Source: Thermoplasmata archaeon
GTDB taxonomy: Archaea; Thermoplasmatota; Thermoplasmata; Lutacidiplasmatales; UBA184
NCBI GenBank assembly: GCA_052325545.1
Contig: JBKQUP010000037.1
Span: 48,459 to 112,458, forward strand
Direction of reading: 5' to 3'
DNA length: 64,000 bases
Made by a program: the position numbers and the translations under genes. The notes beneath the pieces were generated by a model. The model was not told the origin of the DNA, searched no databases, and saw only the letters and a list, made by a program, of their open reading frames with translations. This document shows positions 24,869-34,980 of the stretch, in pieces. Each line of letters opens with the position of its first letter. Positions within the stretch are counted from its first letter, which is position 1.

Positions 24869-25641
24869 GCGCGCTCGAACGTCCCCTGTCCGCCGGCGGT
24901 CTTGATCGACTTGAGGGTAGCCTCGGTCGCCTTCTTCAGGGTCTCCTCGGCGATCTTGTACTGGGTCGCTTGCACCCGGATCCGGTAGCGCGGCGCTCCG
25001 ACGTACTGGATGTCGACCGCCTCGGGGTCGACCTTCTCCGCCGCGAGGAGCGCGGCCCGGACGTGCTCCAGGCCTTCGGGGGTGGGGTCGCTGACCTCGA
25101 GCGTCCCCAGGATCGTGACGTGGGGTGGGACGATGTTGTCCCGGGCCACCTTCAGGAAGGCCGCCGACCAGGGCGCCTTCTCGTTCTCCTTCTGGAACCG
25201 TTTCGGGTCGGCGGAGGCGACCTCGAACGCCTGGAAGAGCGAGCCGTACTTCTCGATGAGGACGGGTCCGAACTGGTCGGCCGCCTCGACGGCCGTGACC
25301 TTCAGCGGCTGGGCGACCTGCTCCAAGAGCCGCATCGCCCGCTGCTCGTTCTTCCACGCCTGGACCTTTTCCCGGCGCTGGTGGTCATTGATCCGCTTGA
25401 GCGAAAGGTCGATCTGCGACTTGGCGGGGTCGACCCGCAGAACGCGCGCGACGATCTTCTGGCCCTCGCGGATGTGGTCGCGGATGTACTTGACCCACCC
25501 CGTGGCCACTTCGGAGAGATGGATGAACGCCTCTCGCTTCCCGTACTCGTCCAGGGTGACGAAGGCGCCGAAGTTTCGGATCGAGGTCACCGTACCGACG
25601 ACGAGTTCGCCTTCTTCCGGGAGCTCGGGGCGCAGAGGCAT
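24865..25641 (-). CDS. eif2a: Translation initiation factor aIF2 alpha subunit
   Basis: S1 domain GELVVGTVTSIRNFGAFVTLDEYGKREAFIHLSEV. 258 aa. Sits in the conserved L44e-S27e-aIF2a-Nop10 context. Confidence 0.9.
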   Translation of the reverse strand: MPLRPELPEEGELVVGTVTSIRNFGAFVTLDEYGKREAFIHLSEVATGWVKYIRDHIREGQKIVARVLRVDPAKSQIDLSLKRINDHQRREKVQAWKNEQRAMRLLEQVAQPLKVTAVEAADQFGPVLIEKYGSLFQAFEVASADPKRFQKENEKAPWSAAFLKVARDNIVPPHVTILGTLEVSDPTPEGLEHVRAALLAAEKVDPEAVDIQYVGAPRYRIRVQATQYKIAEETLKKATEATLKSIKTAGGQGTFERA

Positions 25642-25660
25642 CCGAAGTCCGCGTCCCCGG

Positions 25661-25837
25661 CTAGGTCGTCACCGGGCGGACGAGCTCGCCCCGGAGCTTG
25701 GCCTGGCCGCCCGTCGGCGTCGCGAGGGTCGCGCCGCAGACGGAACAGTTCACGACGGTGGCGGGTCGGCTGAACATCGTCTGCTCGGTCGAGCAGTCGG
25801 GGCACTTCACGACCCAGAACGGAGAAGGTCCTCGCAT
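25661..25837 (-). CDS. rps27e: 30S ribosomal protein S27e
   Basis: Hand translation from ATG 25837 gives MRGPSPFWVVKCPDCS..., and the remainder reads as the second half of a zinc ribbon. 58 aa, in-frame TAG at 25661-25663. Absent from the ORF track (below the length cutoff). Confidence 0.8.
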   Translation of the reverse strand: MRGPSPFWVVKCPDCSTEQTMFSRPATVVNCSVCGATLATPTGGQAKLRGELVRPVTT

Positions 25838-25847
25838 GCGCTTTCCC

Positions 25848-26132
25848 CTAGTGATGCTCCACGAGCTCGAGCTGGCTCGCCCGCCAGCTCGCGGGTTGGA
25901 CGGTGTACTTGCACTTCTTGCATCGGAATCTCAGGTTGACCCGCCGCACCGCCTTCGCCCGGCCTTCGGGCTTCGGACGGGGAAAGCCGCCGTACCCTCG
26001 GGTGGCACGCCGGAACCGGCGCTGCCCCCACTTGAGCTCCGAGGCGGGCCTCTTCTTGACTTTCTCGACCTCGTGGTCCGTGTGCGTCTTGCACTTCGGG
26101 CAATAGGTCGAGACGGTCTTCGGGTAGTGCAT
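25848..26132 (-). CDS. rpl44e: 50S ribosomal protein L44e (eL42)
   Basis: MHYPKTVSTYCPKCKTHTDHEVEKVKKRPASELKWGQRRF ... CKKCK, 94 aa. It is the C-terminal end of spurious track ORF 25848..27209. Confidence 0.85.
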   Translation of the reverse strand: MHYPKTVSTYCPKCKTHTDHEVEKVKKRPASELKWGQRRFRRATRGYGGFPRPKPEGRAKAVRRVNLRFRCKKCKYTVQPASWRASQLELVEHH

Positions 26133-26154
26133 CGGCGGCCCGCGAGACCCGCTC

Positions 26155-26162
26155 CCTATAAA
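26155..26162 (-). promoter_or_regulatory. TATA box (minus strand CTTTATAG) for the rpl44e operon
   Basis: GGCTTTATAGGG lies 24-31 nt upstream of the rpl44e ATG, suggesting a leaderless-type promoter. Confidence 0.4.
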
Positions 26163-26366
26163 GCCATTGGGGCGACCTTCGAGGTGACCCGACCTGCGGA
26201 CCCGGTATGGGACGCTTCCGTGTCCCGAACCGGTGGGTCCGGGGCGGTCTCGGCCGCGTTCGTCACCCGCCACCGCCCGGAGGGCGTCCGCCGAGAGAGC
26301 GCGAGCCGAACGCTTAAGTAGGGAAGCCTTTTCGCGCGACCGCGTTTCAGCGTTTCGGAGGAGACG

Positions 26367-27014
26367 ATGCCCGACCGTTCTGCATTGGATGTGGTCACCG
26401 AGGCCCTCTCGAAGGCCACCGAGCGGAAGGAGCGCAAGTTCTCCGAGACGGTCGAGCTCTCCGTGAACCTCAAGGACCTCGACCTCACGGTCCCGAAGAA
26501 CCGGCTCGAGGATGACGTGCCACTGCCCAAGGGCCGCGGTCGGGCCGTGAAGATCGCTGTGTTCGGCTCGCCCGAACTGTGCCAGAAGATGCGGGGCGTC
26601 GCCGACCTGGTCGTCCCGGCGAACGAGCTCGACGAGTTCGCCAAGGACAAGAAGAACATCAAGAAGGTCGTCAGCGACATCGACTTCTTCCTCGCGGAGG
26701 CGACGCTCATGCCGACGATCGGTAAGCGCCTCGGTGTCGTGCTGGGCCCGCGCGGGAAGATGCCGCGTCCCGTGCCGCCGGGAAGCGACCCCACGAACCT
26801 CGTGAACGCGCTCAAGCGCTCGATCCGGATCCGCTCCAAGGGGAACCGCACGTTCCACGCGCCGGTCGGCACCCGGGCGATGAAGCCCGAGGAGATCGCG
26901 CAGAACGTCGACGCGGTCCTCGCGCGGATCATGGGAAAGCTCGAGCGCGGCCGGACGAACATCGAATCCGTGTACGTGAAGACCACGATGGGGCCGGCTG
27001 TCCGGCTCTGGTAG
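26367..27014 (+). CDS. rpl1: 50S ribosomal protein L1 (uL1)
   Basis: 215 aa: KFSETVELSVNLKDLDL ... GKMPRPVPPG. GGAGGAG just upstream of the ATG. Confidence 0.9.
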   Translation: MPDRSALDVVTEALSKATERKERKFSETVELSVNLKDLDLTVPKNRLEDDVPLPKGRGRAVKIAVFGSPELCQKMRGVADLVVPANELDEFAKDKKNIKKVVSDIDFFLAEATLMPTIGKRLGVVLGPRGKMPRPVPPGSDPTNLVNALKRSIRIRSKGNRTFHAPVGTRAMKPEEIAQNVDAVLARIMGKLERGRTNIESVYVKTTMGPAVRLW

Positions 27015-27024
27015 GAGAGTCAAG

Positions 27025-27885
27025 ATGCCGGGTCGTGGATCCATTCCGCCCGAGAAAATCGCCCGCGTCGACGCGCTCGCCTCGTCGATCGTTTCGAAAC
27101 CGATCGTCGCCGTCGTCGGGATCCGCGGCGTGCCCGCGTCTGCTCTCCAGTCGATGCGCCGCGAGCTGCGGAACCGGAACCACCCGATCATGGTGGCCAC
27201 GAACAGCACGATCCGCCATGCGCTTGAGAAGGCGATGGCGGAGCGCCCCGCCTTCCAACCGCTCTTGGCTCAGGTCACCGACCCTACCGCGATCCTCTCC
27301 GCCGAGGGGAACCCGTTCTCGCTCTACCAAGAGTTCCTGCGGACCCGGTCGCCCACCCCTGCGCGCGGCGGCGAGGTCGCTCCGGCCGACATCCTCGTGC
27401 CCGCCGGGACCACTAGCTTCAAGCCGGGCCCGATCGTCGGAGAGCTCCAGCACGCGGGATTCCCCGCCGCCATCGAGAAGGGGAAGGTCATCCTGAAGAA
27501 GGACACCACGATCGTCCGGGCCGGTGGCACGATCTCCCGCGAGGTCGCGGGCCTTCTGACGCGCCTCGAGATCTTCCCGCTCGAGGTGGGCCTCACGCTG
27601 CGCGCCGTCGTCGACGGTTCCACGTTCTATCCGCCCGAGGTCCTTTCGGTCGACCTCGATGCCCGCCGGGCCGACCTGGCCCGAGCGGCGGCGCATGCGA
27701 TCGGGCTCGCGGTCGAGATCGGGTATCCGACCCCCCAGAGCATGCCGCGCCTCCTCGCCCGCGCCCACCGCCGGGCGCTCGGGGTCGCTCTCGCGACCGG
27801 CTACATCACGAAGGAAACGATCGAACCGCTCTTCGCGAAAGCGATGCGCGAGGCCGCGGCGGTCGGCCGCTTGATGGGTCACTGA
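27025..27885 (+). CDS. rplP0: 50S ribosomal protein P0 (uL10)
   Basis: 286 aa: [24 protein letters not shown]. Position between L1 and P1. Confidence 0.9.
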   Translation: MPGRGSIPPEKIARVDALASSIVSKPIVAVVGIRGVPASALQSMRRELRNRNHPIMVATNSTIRHALEKAMAERPAFQPLLAQVTDPTAILSAEGNPFSLYQEFLRTRSPTPARGGEVAPADILVPAGTTSFKPGPIVGELQHAGFPAAIEKGKVILKKDTTIVRAGGTISREVAGLLTRLEIFPLEVGLTLRAVVDGSTFYPPEVLSVDLDARRADLARAAAHAIGLAVEIGYPTPQSMPRLLARAHRRALGVALATGYITKETIEPLFAKAMREAAAVGRLMGH

Positions 27886-27916
27886 GGGTTCCCCCAGAGT
27901 CCACGGAGTGAGAACA

Positions 27917-28231
27917 ATGGAGTACGTGTATGGTGCGTTGCTGCTCAATGCAGCCGGAAAGTCGATCGACGAGAAGGCCCTCACCGGGGTCCTGAGCGCG
28001 GCGGGGGTCTCCCCCGACACCGCCCGGGTGAAGGCGCTCCTCGCCTCTCTCGAAGGCGTCAACCTCGGCGAGGTCCTCGCGAAGGCCGAGACGTTCGCGG
28101 CCCCCGCGGCGGCGCCCGCCCCGGCCGACAAGAAGGAAGGCAAGGGCGAGAAGAAGGAAGAGGAGAAGAAAGAGGAAAAGGGCGTCTCCGAGGAAGAGGC
28201 GGCCGAGGGTCTCTCCGCCCTCTTCGGCTGA
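27917..28231 (+). CDS. rpl12: 50S ribosomal stalk protein P1 (aL12)
   Basis: [22 protein letters not shown] ... [23 protein letters not shown], with the typical acidic tail. ATG at 27917 preferred over the track GTG at 27908. Confidence 0.9.
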   Translation: MEYVYGALLLNAAGKSIDEKALTGVLSAAGVSPDTARVKALLASLEGVNLGEVLAKAETFAAPAAAPAPADKKEGKGEKKEEEKKEEKGVSEEEAAEGLSALFG

Positions 28232-28316
28232 AGCCGGAGCTCGCGAAAGCGCACCCCTTAAGACCCGCGGTCGAGTGGGTACGACCGGAGGTCCTCCTCC
28301 GGCGTTCGGTCGTGCC

Positions 28317-29723
28317 ATGCCTCCTCGAGAGTTCTGCGGTGTAGTGGGGGTCTCGCTCCAGGGAACGGGCGCGGCTCCGTTCCTCTTCCGAGGCCTCCGT
28401 GCCCTCCAGCATCGGGGCCAGGAATCGGCGGGCATCGCGACCTCGAGCCACGGCACGATGCACCACCAGAAGGGGATGGGCCTCGTCCACGAGATCTTCA
28501 CGCAGGAGCTCCTCGACTCGCTCCGGGGCTCGAGCGGGATCGGGCACGTCCGCTATCCGACGACCGGAGCGACCGACCTCGAGAACGCCCAGCCGATCAT
28601 CGTCAAGATCCGCGACGAGGACGGGGCGATCGCGCACAACGGCGACATCGTGAACTTCGAGCGCGTGCGCCGCCGCCTCCAGGCCCAGGGAGTGGACCTC
28701 CTCGGGAACGCGGACACCGAGATGATGGCCCAGTCGATCGCGCTCGAGTTCGGGCACACCCGCGACCTCGAGGCCGCGATCCGACGCGCCTGCACGACCC
28801 TGATCGGCGGCTACGCGGTGGTCTTCCTCGTCGGGAACCGCGTGTACGCGTTCCGGGACCCCCTCGGGATCCGACCCCTGGTCTTCGGAACGGTCGAGGG
28901 CGGGGTGGCGGTCGCCAGCGAATCGGTCGCCCTCGAGATGATGGGGGGAAGAGCGATCCGCGACGTCGAGCCCGGGGAGGTGCTCGTCCTCGAGCGGGGC
29001 CAGCTCGCCCATTCCTCGCACATCCCGAACAGCGGAGAGACCGCGCACTGCATGTTCGAGTGGGTCTACTTCTCCCGACCGGATTCGGTCGTCGACAAGC
29101 AACCCGCCTACGATGTCCGCTACCGGATCGGGCTCCGCCTCGCGAAGGAAGCGCCCGCCGAGGCCGACCTGATCGTACCGGTGCCGGATTCGGCACGCCC
29201 CCAGGCCTTGGGGTACGCCGCGGGCACGGGGATACCGTACGCCGAGGCGCTGATCAAGAGCCGCTTCGTCGAGCGAACGTTCATCCTCCCCGACCAGAAA
29301 CGCCGCGAGATGGAGGTCCAGGTGAAGCTGCACCCGGTGCCGGGCCTCCTCAAGGGGAAGCGGATCGTCCTCTTGGACGACTCCATCGTGCGCGGCACGA
29401 CGCTCCGCGCGATCCTGCAGATGGTCCGGTCGGCCGGCGCCGCGCGCGTGGACGTCCGCGTGGGCTGCCCTCCGATCCGGGCGCCGTGCTACTTCGGGAT
29501 CGATATGAAGGACCGGCGCCAGCTCGTGGCCCACGACCGCACCGAGGACGAGGTGGCCCGACTCGTCGGCGCCGACAGCATCCACTACCTATCCATCCCC
29601 GGCCTGGTCGAGTCGATCGGGCTGCGGTCCGACGAGCTCTGCCTCGGTTGCCTCACCGGCCGGTACCCGGTCGAGGTGCCCGAGGAACGCCACCGATTCC
29701 AGAAGTCGCTCGCGGAGTTCTAG
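28317..29723 (+). CDS. purF: Amidophosphoribosyltransferase
   Basis: Catalytic Cys context FCGVVGV, QHRGQESAGIA, PRT motif VLLDDSIVRGTT, PPIRAPCYFGIDM. ATG at 28317 preferred (track start 28275). Confidence 0.9.
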   Translation: MPPREFCGVVGVSLQGTGAAPFLFRGLRALQHRGQESAGIATSSHGTMHHQKGMGLVHEIFTQELLDSLRGSSGIGHVRYPTTGATDLENAQPIIVKIRDEDGAIAHNGDIVNFERVRRRLQAQGVDLLGNADTEMMAQSIALEFGHTRDLEAAIRRACTTLIGGYAVVFLVGNRVYAFRDPLGIRPLVFGTVEGGVAVASESVALEMMGGRAIRDVEPGEVLVLERGQLAHSSHIPNSGETAHCMFEWVYFSRPDSVVDKQPAYDVRYRIGLRLAKEAPAEADLIVPVPDSARPQALGYAAGTGIPYAEALIKSRFVERTFILPDQKRREMEVQVKLHPVPGLLKGKRIVLLDDSIVRGTTLRAILQMVRSAGAARVDVRVGCPPIRAPCYFGIDMKDRRQLVAHDRTEDEVARLVGADSIHYLSIPGLVESIGLRSDELCLGCLTGRYPVEVPEERHRFQKSLAEF

Positions 29724-29726
29724 CGC

Positions 29727-30650
29727 GTGCGGCCGACGGTCGTCGTCGGCAACGGGCCCCTCCTCTTCGTGACCGGGCCGGAGAACGTCCGGGCGGCCGG
29801 GCCGTTCCCCCTCGATAGCGACCCCCGGCGCGCGGCTGCCCGGTTCGAGACCCTCGGCCCATCGGACATCCCCGCCCGACTCCTGGCCACTCTCGAGTCC
29901 GTCCCCGAGGACTCCCATCTCATGGCTTCCCCTCCTCGGCTCGCCCGCGCGATCGCCGACGTGGCGCGCCGCCCGGTCGAGAGCCCGACGCTCGAGGAGC
30001 TGAGACGGGCCCGCACGACGATTCCCCCAACGGAATCCGAGCTCGAGCGCACGTTCTTCCTGGCCCTAGGGCACCTACGGCTCGAGCGGGCGCTCCGCGC
30101 CCCGGAGGAGGTACTGATCACCCTGGCCCGGGAGGAAGAGCGGGTCGAGCGCTCCGTGGGGCGGGAAGCTCGGGCCGCCGAGTCGTTCATCCCCGTACCG
30201 GATTCCCCCCTCGACCGCCACCTCGTCGCGTGGGGACGGGCTCGGGGCGCGCTCGGTGACCTCGAGGAAGCGCTGCGCGAGACCCTCGAGAGCGAGGCCC
30301 ATCGTCTGGTCCCGAACCTCTCCGCGGTCGTCGGACCCCGGACCGCCGCGCGCCTCGTCGCGCTCGCGGGAGGGGTGGGGGCGCTTGCCCGAATGCCCTC
30401 CGCGCGGATCCAGTTGCTCGGGAGCCGACGCCGCCCTTCGCCCGAGCGCGGCCCCCGCTTCGGGATCCTCTATCGGGCGGACCGACTGGCCGACGTTCCG
30501 ATCGGCCGGCGCGGAGCGTATGCCCGGAGCCTCGCCGCGCTCGCGGCGATCGCGGTGCGTGCCGATGCGAGCACCCATCGCGACATCAGCGCCGGGCTCG
30601 TCGCACGTCGCGACCGCCGGGTCGAAGCGCTCCGGAGGAGACGGCGATGA
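29727..30650 (+). CDS. nop5: C/D box RNP protein Nop5 (Nop56/58 family)
   Basis: Nop domain NLSAVVGPRTAARLVALAGGVGALARMPSARIQLLG ... YARSLAALAAIAVRAD. 307 aa, which seems short for the family. GTG start. ATGA overlap with fibrillarin. Confidence 0.8.
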   Translation: MRPTVVVGNGPLLFVTGPENVRAAGPFPLDSDPRRAAARFETLGPSDIPARLLATLESVPEDSHLMASPPRLARAIADVARRPVESPTLEELRRARTTIPPTESELERTFFLALGHLRLERALRAPEEVLITLAREEERVERSVGREARAAESFIPVPDSPLDRHLVAWGRARGALGDLEEALRETLESEAHRLVPNLSAVVGPRTAARLVALAGGVGALARMPSARIQLLGSRRRPSPERGPRFGILYRADRLADVPIGRRGAYARSLAALAAIAVRADASTHRDISAGLVARRDRRVEALRRRRR

Positions 30651-31420
30651 GACCGGGCCGCAGCTTCCTCCCGTACGAGGGCTCCCCGCGGCTCCTCGAG
30701 GTTGACCGCGCCGAGCGCCGGGAGCTCTGGACCGAGGCGGTCGGCGACCCACCTCCGGTGTATGGGGAACGGTGGACCGACGTCGAGGGCCGTCCCTACC
30801 GGCTCTTCGAGCCCGGCCGCTCCAAACTGGCCGCGGCCGTGGTGCGCGGATGGACCGGGGACCTTCCCGCCCCGGGGGAGCGGTGGCTCTATCTCGGCGC
30901 GGCGACCGGCACGACCTCGTCCCACGTCGCGGACCTCGTCGGGCCGGAGGGCCGGGTCTACGCGGTGGAACGGAGCGTCCGACCGTTCGCGCGACTGCTC
31001 TCGCTATCGGAACGTTGGCCGAACCTTCGCCCGATCTTGGGGGACGCCCGGGACCCGTTGGCCTATTCCAACCTCGTCCCCCCGGTGGATGGGGTCTACG
31101 CCGACATCGCTCAGGCGGACCAGCTCGACATCGTCCTCCGGAACGCAGAGCTCCTCCTGACGGGAGACGGCGCCCGGCTGCTCATCGCGCTCAAGACCGC
31201 GAGCATGGGGCGGCACCGGTCCGCCACGGGCCACCGCGAATCGGCCGAGCGAACCCTCGCCGACACGACCTCCCTCTTCGAGTCGGTCCCGCTCGAACCG
31301 TTCCACAAGGGGCACTTCATGGTCGGGGGGCGCTGGGGACGCTCCTCGCGCCTCCCCGTCCGGGAGACCGCCCGTTCTACGATGCCGCGCGAGCGCCGCC
31401 CCGGGCGACGAGCACGGTAA
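30647..31420 (+). CDS. flpA: Fibrillarin-like rRNA/tRNA 2'-O-methyltransferase
   Basis: YRLFEPGRSKLAAAV, SAM motif LYLGAATGTTSSHVADLV, and ILGDAR ... VYADIAQ. Confidence 0.85.
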   Translation: MRPGRSFLPYEGSPRLLEVDRAERRELWTEAVGDPPPVYGERWTDVEGRPYRLFEPGRSKLAAAVVRGWTGDLPAPGERWLYLGAATGTTSSHVADLVGPEGRVYAVERSVRPFARLLSLSERWPNLRPILGDARDPLAYSNLVPPVDGVYADIAQADQLDIVLRNAELLLTGDGARLLIALKTASMGRHRSATGHRESAERTLADTTSLFESVPLEPFHKGHFMVGGRWGRSSRLPVRETARSTMPRERRPGRRAR

Positions 31421-32498
31421 CGATGTCCTCGTCGGACAGGATGTGGTCCCGGCCGACGGTCTGGCCCGGGAAGCGCGCGCTCTTTCCCCAGATCTGCGCC
31501 GCCTTGAACGTTCGGCTCAGGTCCCCGGGGAGCTTTCGGAGAAGCTCGGTGACCGACTCTCCCTGGCGGAGGATCACGGGTTCCTCCCGGTCGGGGGGTA
31601 ACCCGGGTGGTTTGACGTAGATCCGGATGAACTTGAGGGTCGTTCCGATCCGGTCCACGAGGGTGTCGAGCCCCGTTCCGGCGCGGGCCGAGATGAAGAT
31701 CGCGTCGTAGGGTGCGAGCGACGCCGCGAGCTGGGTCCGCTCCTTCGCGTTCATCAGGTCGGCCTTGTTCACGACCATGATCGCCAGCACGTAGACCCGG
31801 TTCCCGGCCAGAACATCGATCAGCTGGTCGGCCGTGGCGTCCTCCCGGAACACGATCGACCCGTTATGGAGGCCGAACTCCCGGGCAATCTGCGCGGCTC
31901 CTCCTCCGGCGAGATGGGTCAGGCGCACGGTGCTCGAGACCGTTAGCCCGCCCCGGTCCGAACGCTGGAGGACGATCCGGGGGACACGCTGGTTGATCCG
32001 GACCCCCGCGCCCTCGATCTCGGCCGTCAGAGCGCGAAGGTTCGGGTGCTCCGGGTCGATGAGGAACAGCACGAGGTCGGTGGAACGGACGACCGACAGG
32101 ACCTCGCGGCCCCGCCCGCGTCCCCTCGAGGCGCCGGGGATGAGACCGGGCATGTCGAGGATCTGGATCGAGGCTCCGCCCCAGCGGAGCATTCCCGGGA
32201 TGATCGAGACCGTCGTGAAGTCGTACGCGGCCGCCTCGCTGTTGGCGGCAGTAAGGCGGTTCAGCAACGTCGACTTTCCCGTGGAGGGGTAGCCGACCAG
32301 GCCGACCGTGGCGTTGCCGCTCTTCCGTATCGAGTAGCCAACGCCCCCGCCCTTTCCCTTAGCCCGGGTCTCGCGCTCCAGCCGGAGGACCGCGAGCTTC
32401 GCCTTGAGCCGCCCGATGTGCAGCTGCGTCGCCTTGTTGTACGAGGTGTTGCGGATCTCGTCCTCGACCGCGACGATCTGTTCTTCCAGGGCGGACAT
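31377..32498 (-). CDS. DRG-family GTPase with TGS domain
   Basis: G1 GYPSTGKSTLLNRLT, G3 DMPGLI, NKADL, and a C-terminal TGS-like IRIYVKPPG ... DIVTVL. Confidence 0.8.
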   Translation of the reverse strand: MSALEEQIVAVEDEIRNTSYNKATQLHIGRLKAKLAVLRLERETRAKGKGGGVGYSIRKSGNATVGLVGYPSTGKSTLLNRLTAANSEAAAYDFTTVSIIPGMLRWGGASIQILDMPGLIPGASRGRGRGREVLSVVRSTDLVLFLIDPEHPNLRALTAEIEGAGVRINQRVPRIVLQRSDRGGLTVSSTVRLTHLAGGGAAQIAREFGLHNGSIVFREDATADQLIDVLAGNRVYVLAIMVVNKADLMNAKERTQLAASLAPYDAIFISARAGTGLDTLVDRIGTTLKFIRIYVKPPGLPPDREEPVILRQGESVTELLRKLPGDLSRTFKAAQIWGKSARFPGQTVGRDHILSDEDIVTVLVARGGARAAS

Positions 32499-32620
32499 GT
32501 CGATCGGGGCGAGCTCCGCCTCTTGGGGGCGTAGAAGATACTTGAGAGTGACGCGATGGTCCTTGGTTCACGTTCCGTGCCCATTGACAGCTCCAAGGCC
32601 TCTGCTCGGTTCCGGGAGGC

Positions 32621-34978
32621 GTGTCCCGGACGCGGCCCAGACCCCCCGAGACCGAGGAGCTCTCGGAGTGGCAAATGGTGCCTCATCCTCCGCGAGAGCG
32701 TCGCTCGGAGGAGGTTGTCGCCTTTCGTGAGCGTCTGGTCGCGTCCTTGCGGGTCGGGCACGGACTGGGGGCCTCGTTCGCCGTGCGCCTCGTTTCCGGT
32801 CCGGTCCCACGGCTGACGCTAGCTTGCTCGGAGCCGGCGAGCGCTCGCTGGGCGAGCCGAATCTTGTTCTCGGCCTATGGGCGTACCTTGTGGGTCCGTC
32901 GGCCCCGGTCTCCTCCCGACCCGGTCATCGACCCGCGCTGGGGCCGGCGGGTCCGCGAATGGCCGGAGCCCCTCCGCGACCCCGTGGACGGGCCCTCCGC
33001 CATCGACAGCCTGGCCCTCGCCATGAGCGGGGTCGTCCCCGGCGTTTCGGTCCGTTGGGGGTTCCACCCCTGCCCGGCGACCTGGAGCCGTCCTCGTGTC
33101 CTCGTCGGGGCGGAGAGAATCCCGCCGCCCGCCGAGGGAAGGCGACCCGGGGACCGAACGCCCCGAGCCCGTCACCCCGAGGCCCCGATTACGACGCGAC
33201 CGTTCCCCCTCTTCTGGAGGGCGAGCGTGTCCGTTGCGCTCCTCGGCCGGGAGGCGGGTGAACTCGTCTCGGTCGAACGGGTCCGGCCGGCGATCGAGGT
33301 CGCCTTACGGTCGGGGCGGGCGAACGGGATCCGTTTCCCCCGAGATCGCCTCCGCCTCCCCTGGCTCTCTCGGTGGCTCCTCCTGTCCGAGGACGAGCTC
33401 GCCTGCGTCCTACCGAGCCTCGATGGCGGAGGAGCCACCCTCGAAGGCCGGGAGGTCGAAGGCCTGCCCATCCTGCCGCTCGGCCGGTCGACGACCGGTC
33501 GAGTGGTCGGCCCGCCGGTGGAGACCGACCAAGGGCGCCACCTCGCGGTCCTCGGGGAAACCGGTATGGGAAAGAGCTCTACCCTCGTCGCGGTCGCTCG
33601 GAAGGCGTCGACGCTCGGCGGCGTGGTCCTGTTCGACCCTATCGGGGAAACCGCCCGGTCGTTCCTCTCCGGCCTTTCGACCGACGAGCGCTCCCGGCTG
33701 GTCTCGGTCTCTCCCCACGGACCGGCGAGCGGGATCAACGCGCTCGAGGGGATCGGCGGAAGCGAGACCGACCCGGTCCTCTCCGACCGGAGGCTCAACG
33801 ACATCGTTCACGCGCTGCGTCGGGTCCGCTCGGGCCGGTATGCGGACTCGAGCTACTGGGGCCCTCGGCTCGAGGAAATGCTGACCCGGGCCGTCCGCGC
33901 GGCCGCGTCGTTTCCGTCCGGCACCCTCGCCGACGCCCACACCCTCCTCGCGACCGGGGGGAGAACGCGCCAGGTCGTTCCTCCCGAAGCCCAGCAAGAG
34001 GTTCGTGAGCTAGCGGACCGGGTCCGCGAACGCCCGGAGGACGCCGAAGGGGCCCGCCGCCTCCTCTACGAGGTGGTCCGGAGCCCGGTCCTTCACCGGA
34101 TGCTCTGCGAACGGAACCCGGTGCTCCACGCGAGGGAGCTCGTGGAGACCGGCCGGATCGCGGTCATCTCCGGCGATGCGTCGGCGGTCGGGGAATCGGT
34201 CGCCCGCTACCTCTTGGCCGTGTACCTGGCCCTGGTTTGGTCCGAGCTGCTCGCGCGGACGTCCAACCCGAAGACGTTCGTCGTGCTCGACGAGTCGCAG
34301 TGGTTCTCGCACGAGAGCCTCGCCGAGATGCTCCGTCTCGCCCGGCGAAGGAACGTTCACGTCGTCCTGGCGACCCAGACCGTGGGTTCCCTACCCGAAG
34401 CCGTCGCCGACGCCGTGTGGACGAACGTCTCGGACTTCATCGCGTTCCGTGGCTCGCCCGAGGAAGCGCGGGAGCTCTCCCGGGCGACGCGCGGGCTCTC
34501 GGTCGAGGAGCTCCTCGCGCTCCCGCGAGGTCAGGCGGCCGTACTCCTGGGCAAGGGGAACTCCGTCGACTGGGTGCGCACCGCCGGCCGCCCGACCGGG
34601 CCCGACCCGTATTCTCGGGATGAGGAAGAGGCCCCGCTGGACCCGGCTCCCAGGACCGGAAGGACTGGACCCCCGGCAGAGAGCTCGACCGCGACCGTCC
34701 AGCAGGTCCTTTCGTGGATCCTGGGACGAGCCCAGGCCCTTCCCGCAGGAGAACCGCTCCGGATAGAGCTCTCCGAGCTCCGTAGGTTGGTCGACCCGGA
34801 TGGGCGGGCCATCCGGGAAGCCGGCGCGAGGCTCGGCCGTGCGGGTGCGTTGGTCTCCGGCGTCCGTTCGGCCGGGGGCTCAGTCTGGGTCCTTGACCCT
34901 GCGAAGATTCCTGCCGTGACGGAGGAGACGCCCCCCTCCCCCTCCTCGGAGGGTTCTCACGGTCCACAACCCTCTTAG
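32621..34978 (+). CDS. HerA/FtsK-superfamily (DUF87-like) P-loop ATPase with an unassigned ~300-aa N-terminal region and a ~110-aa C-terminal extension
   Basis: Walker A LGETGMGKSST, then VLFDPIGE, a long helical-looking insert, Walker B FVVLDESQWF, then RRRNVHVVLATQTVGSLP. The start could instead be the ATG at 32675. Confidence 0.7.
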   Translation: MSRTRPRPPETEELSEWQMVPHPPRERRSEEVVAFRERLVASLRVGHGLGASFAVRLVSGPVPRLTLACSEPASARWASRILFSAYGRTLWVRRPRSPPDPVIDPRWGRRVREWPEPLRDPVDGPSAIDSLALAMSGVVPGVSVRWGFHPCPATWSRPRVLVGAERIPPPAEGRRPGDRTPRARHPEAPITTRPFPLFWRASVSVALLGREAGELVSVERVRPAIEVALRSGRANGIRFPRDRLRLPWLSRWLLLSEDELACVLPSLDGGGATLEGREVEGLPILPLGRSTTGRVVGPPVETDQGRHLAVLGETGMGKSSTLVAVARKASTLGGVVLFDPIGETARSFLSGLSTDERSRLVSVSPHGPASGINALEGIGGSETDPVLSDRRLNDIVHALRRVRSGRYADSSYWGPRLEEMLTRAVRAAASFPSGTLADAHTLLATGGRTRQVVPPEAQQEVRELADRVRERPEDAEGARRLLYEVVRSPVLHRMLCERNPVLHARELVETGRIAVISGDASAVGESVARYLLAVYLALVWSELLARTSNPKTFVVLDESQWFSHESLAEMLRLARRRNVHVVLATQTVGSLPEAVADAVWTNVSDFIAFRGSPEEARELSRATRGLSVEELLALPRGQAAVLLGKGNSVDWVRTAGRPTGPDPYSRDEEEAPLDPAPRTGRTGPPAESSTATVQQVLSWILGRAQALPAGEPLRIELSELRRLVDPDGRAIREAGARLGRAGALVSGVRSAGGSVWVLDPAKIPAVTEETPPSPSSEGSHGPQPS

Positions 34979-34980
34979 GG

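Noticed and set aside
25848-27209. 453-aa ORF on the minus strand
   Set aside because: It is antisense to rpl1 and Arg/Gly/Asp-rich, with no motifs. Only its last 94 codons (L44e) are real. This is typical GC-driven ORF inflation.
28059-29585. 508-aa minus-strand ORF
   Set aside because: It is antisense to purF and P1, and no motifs are present.
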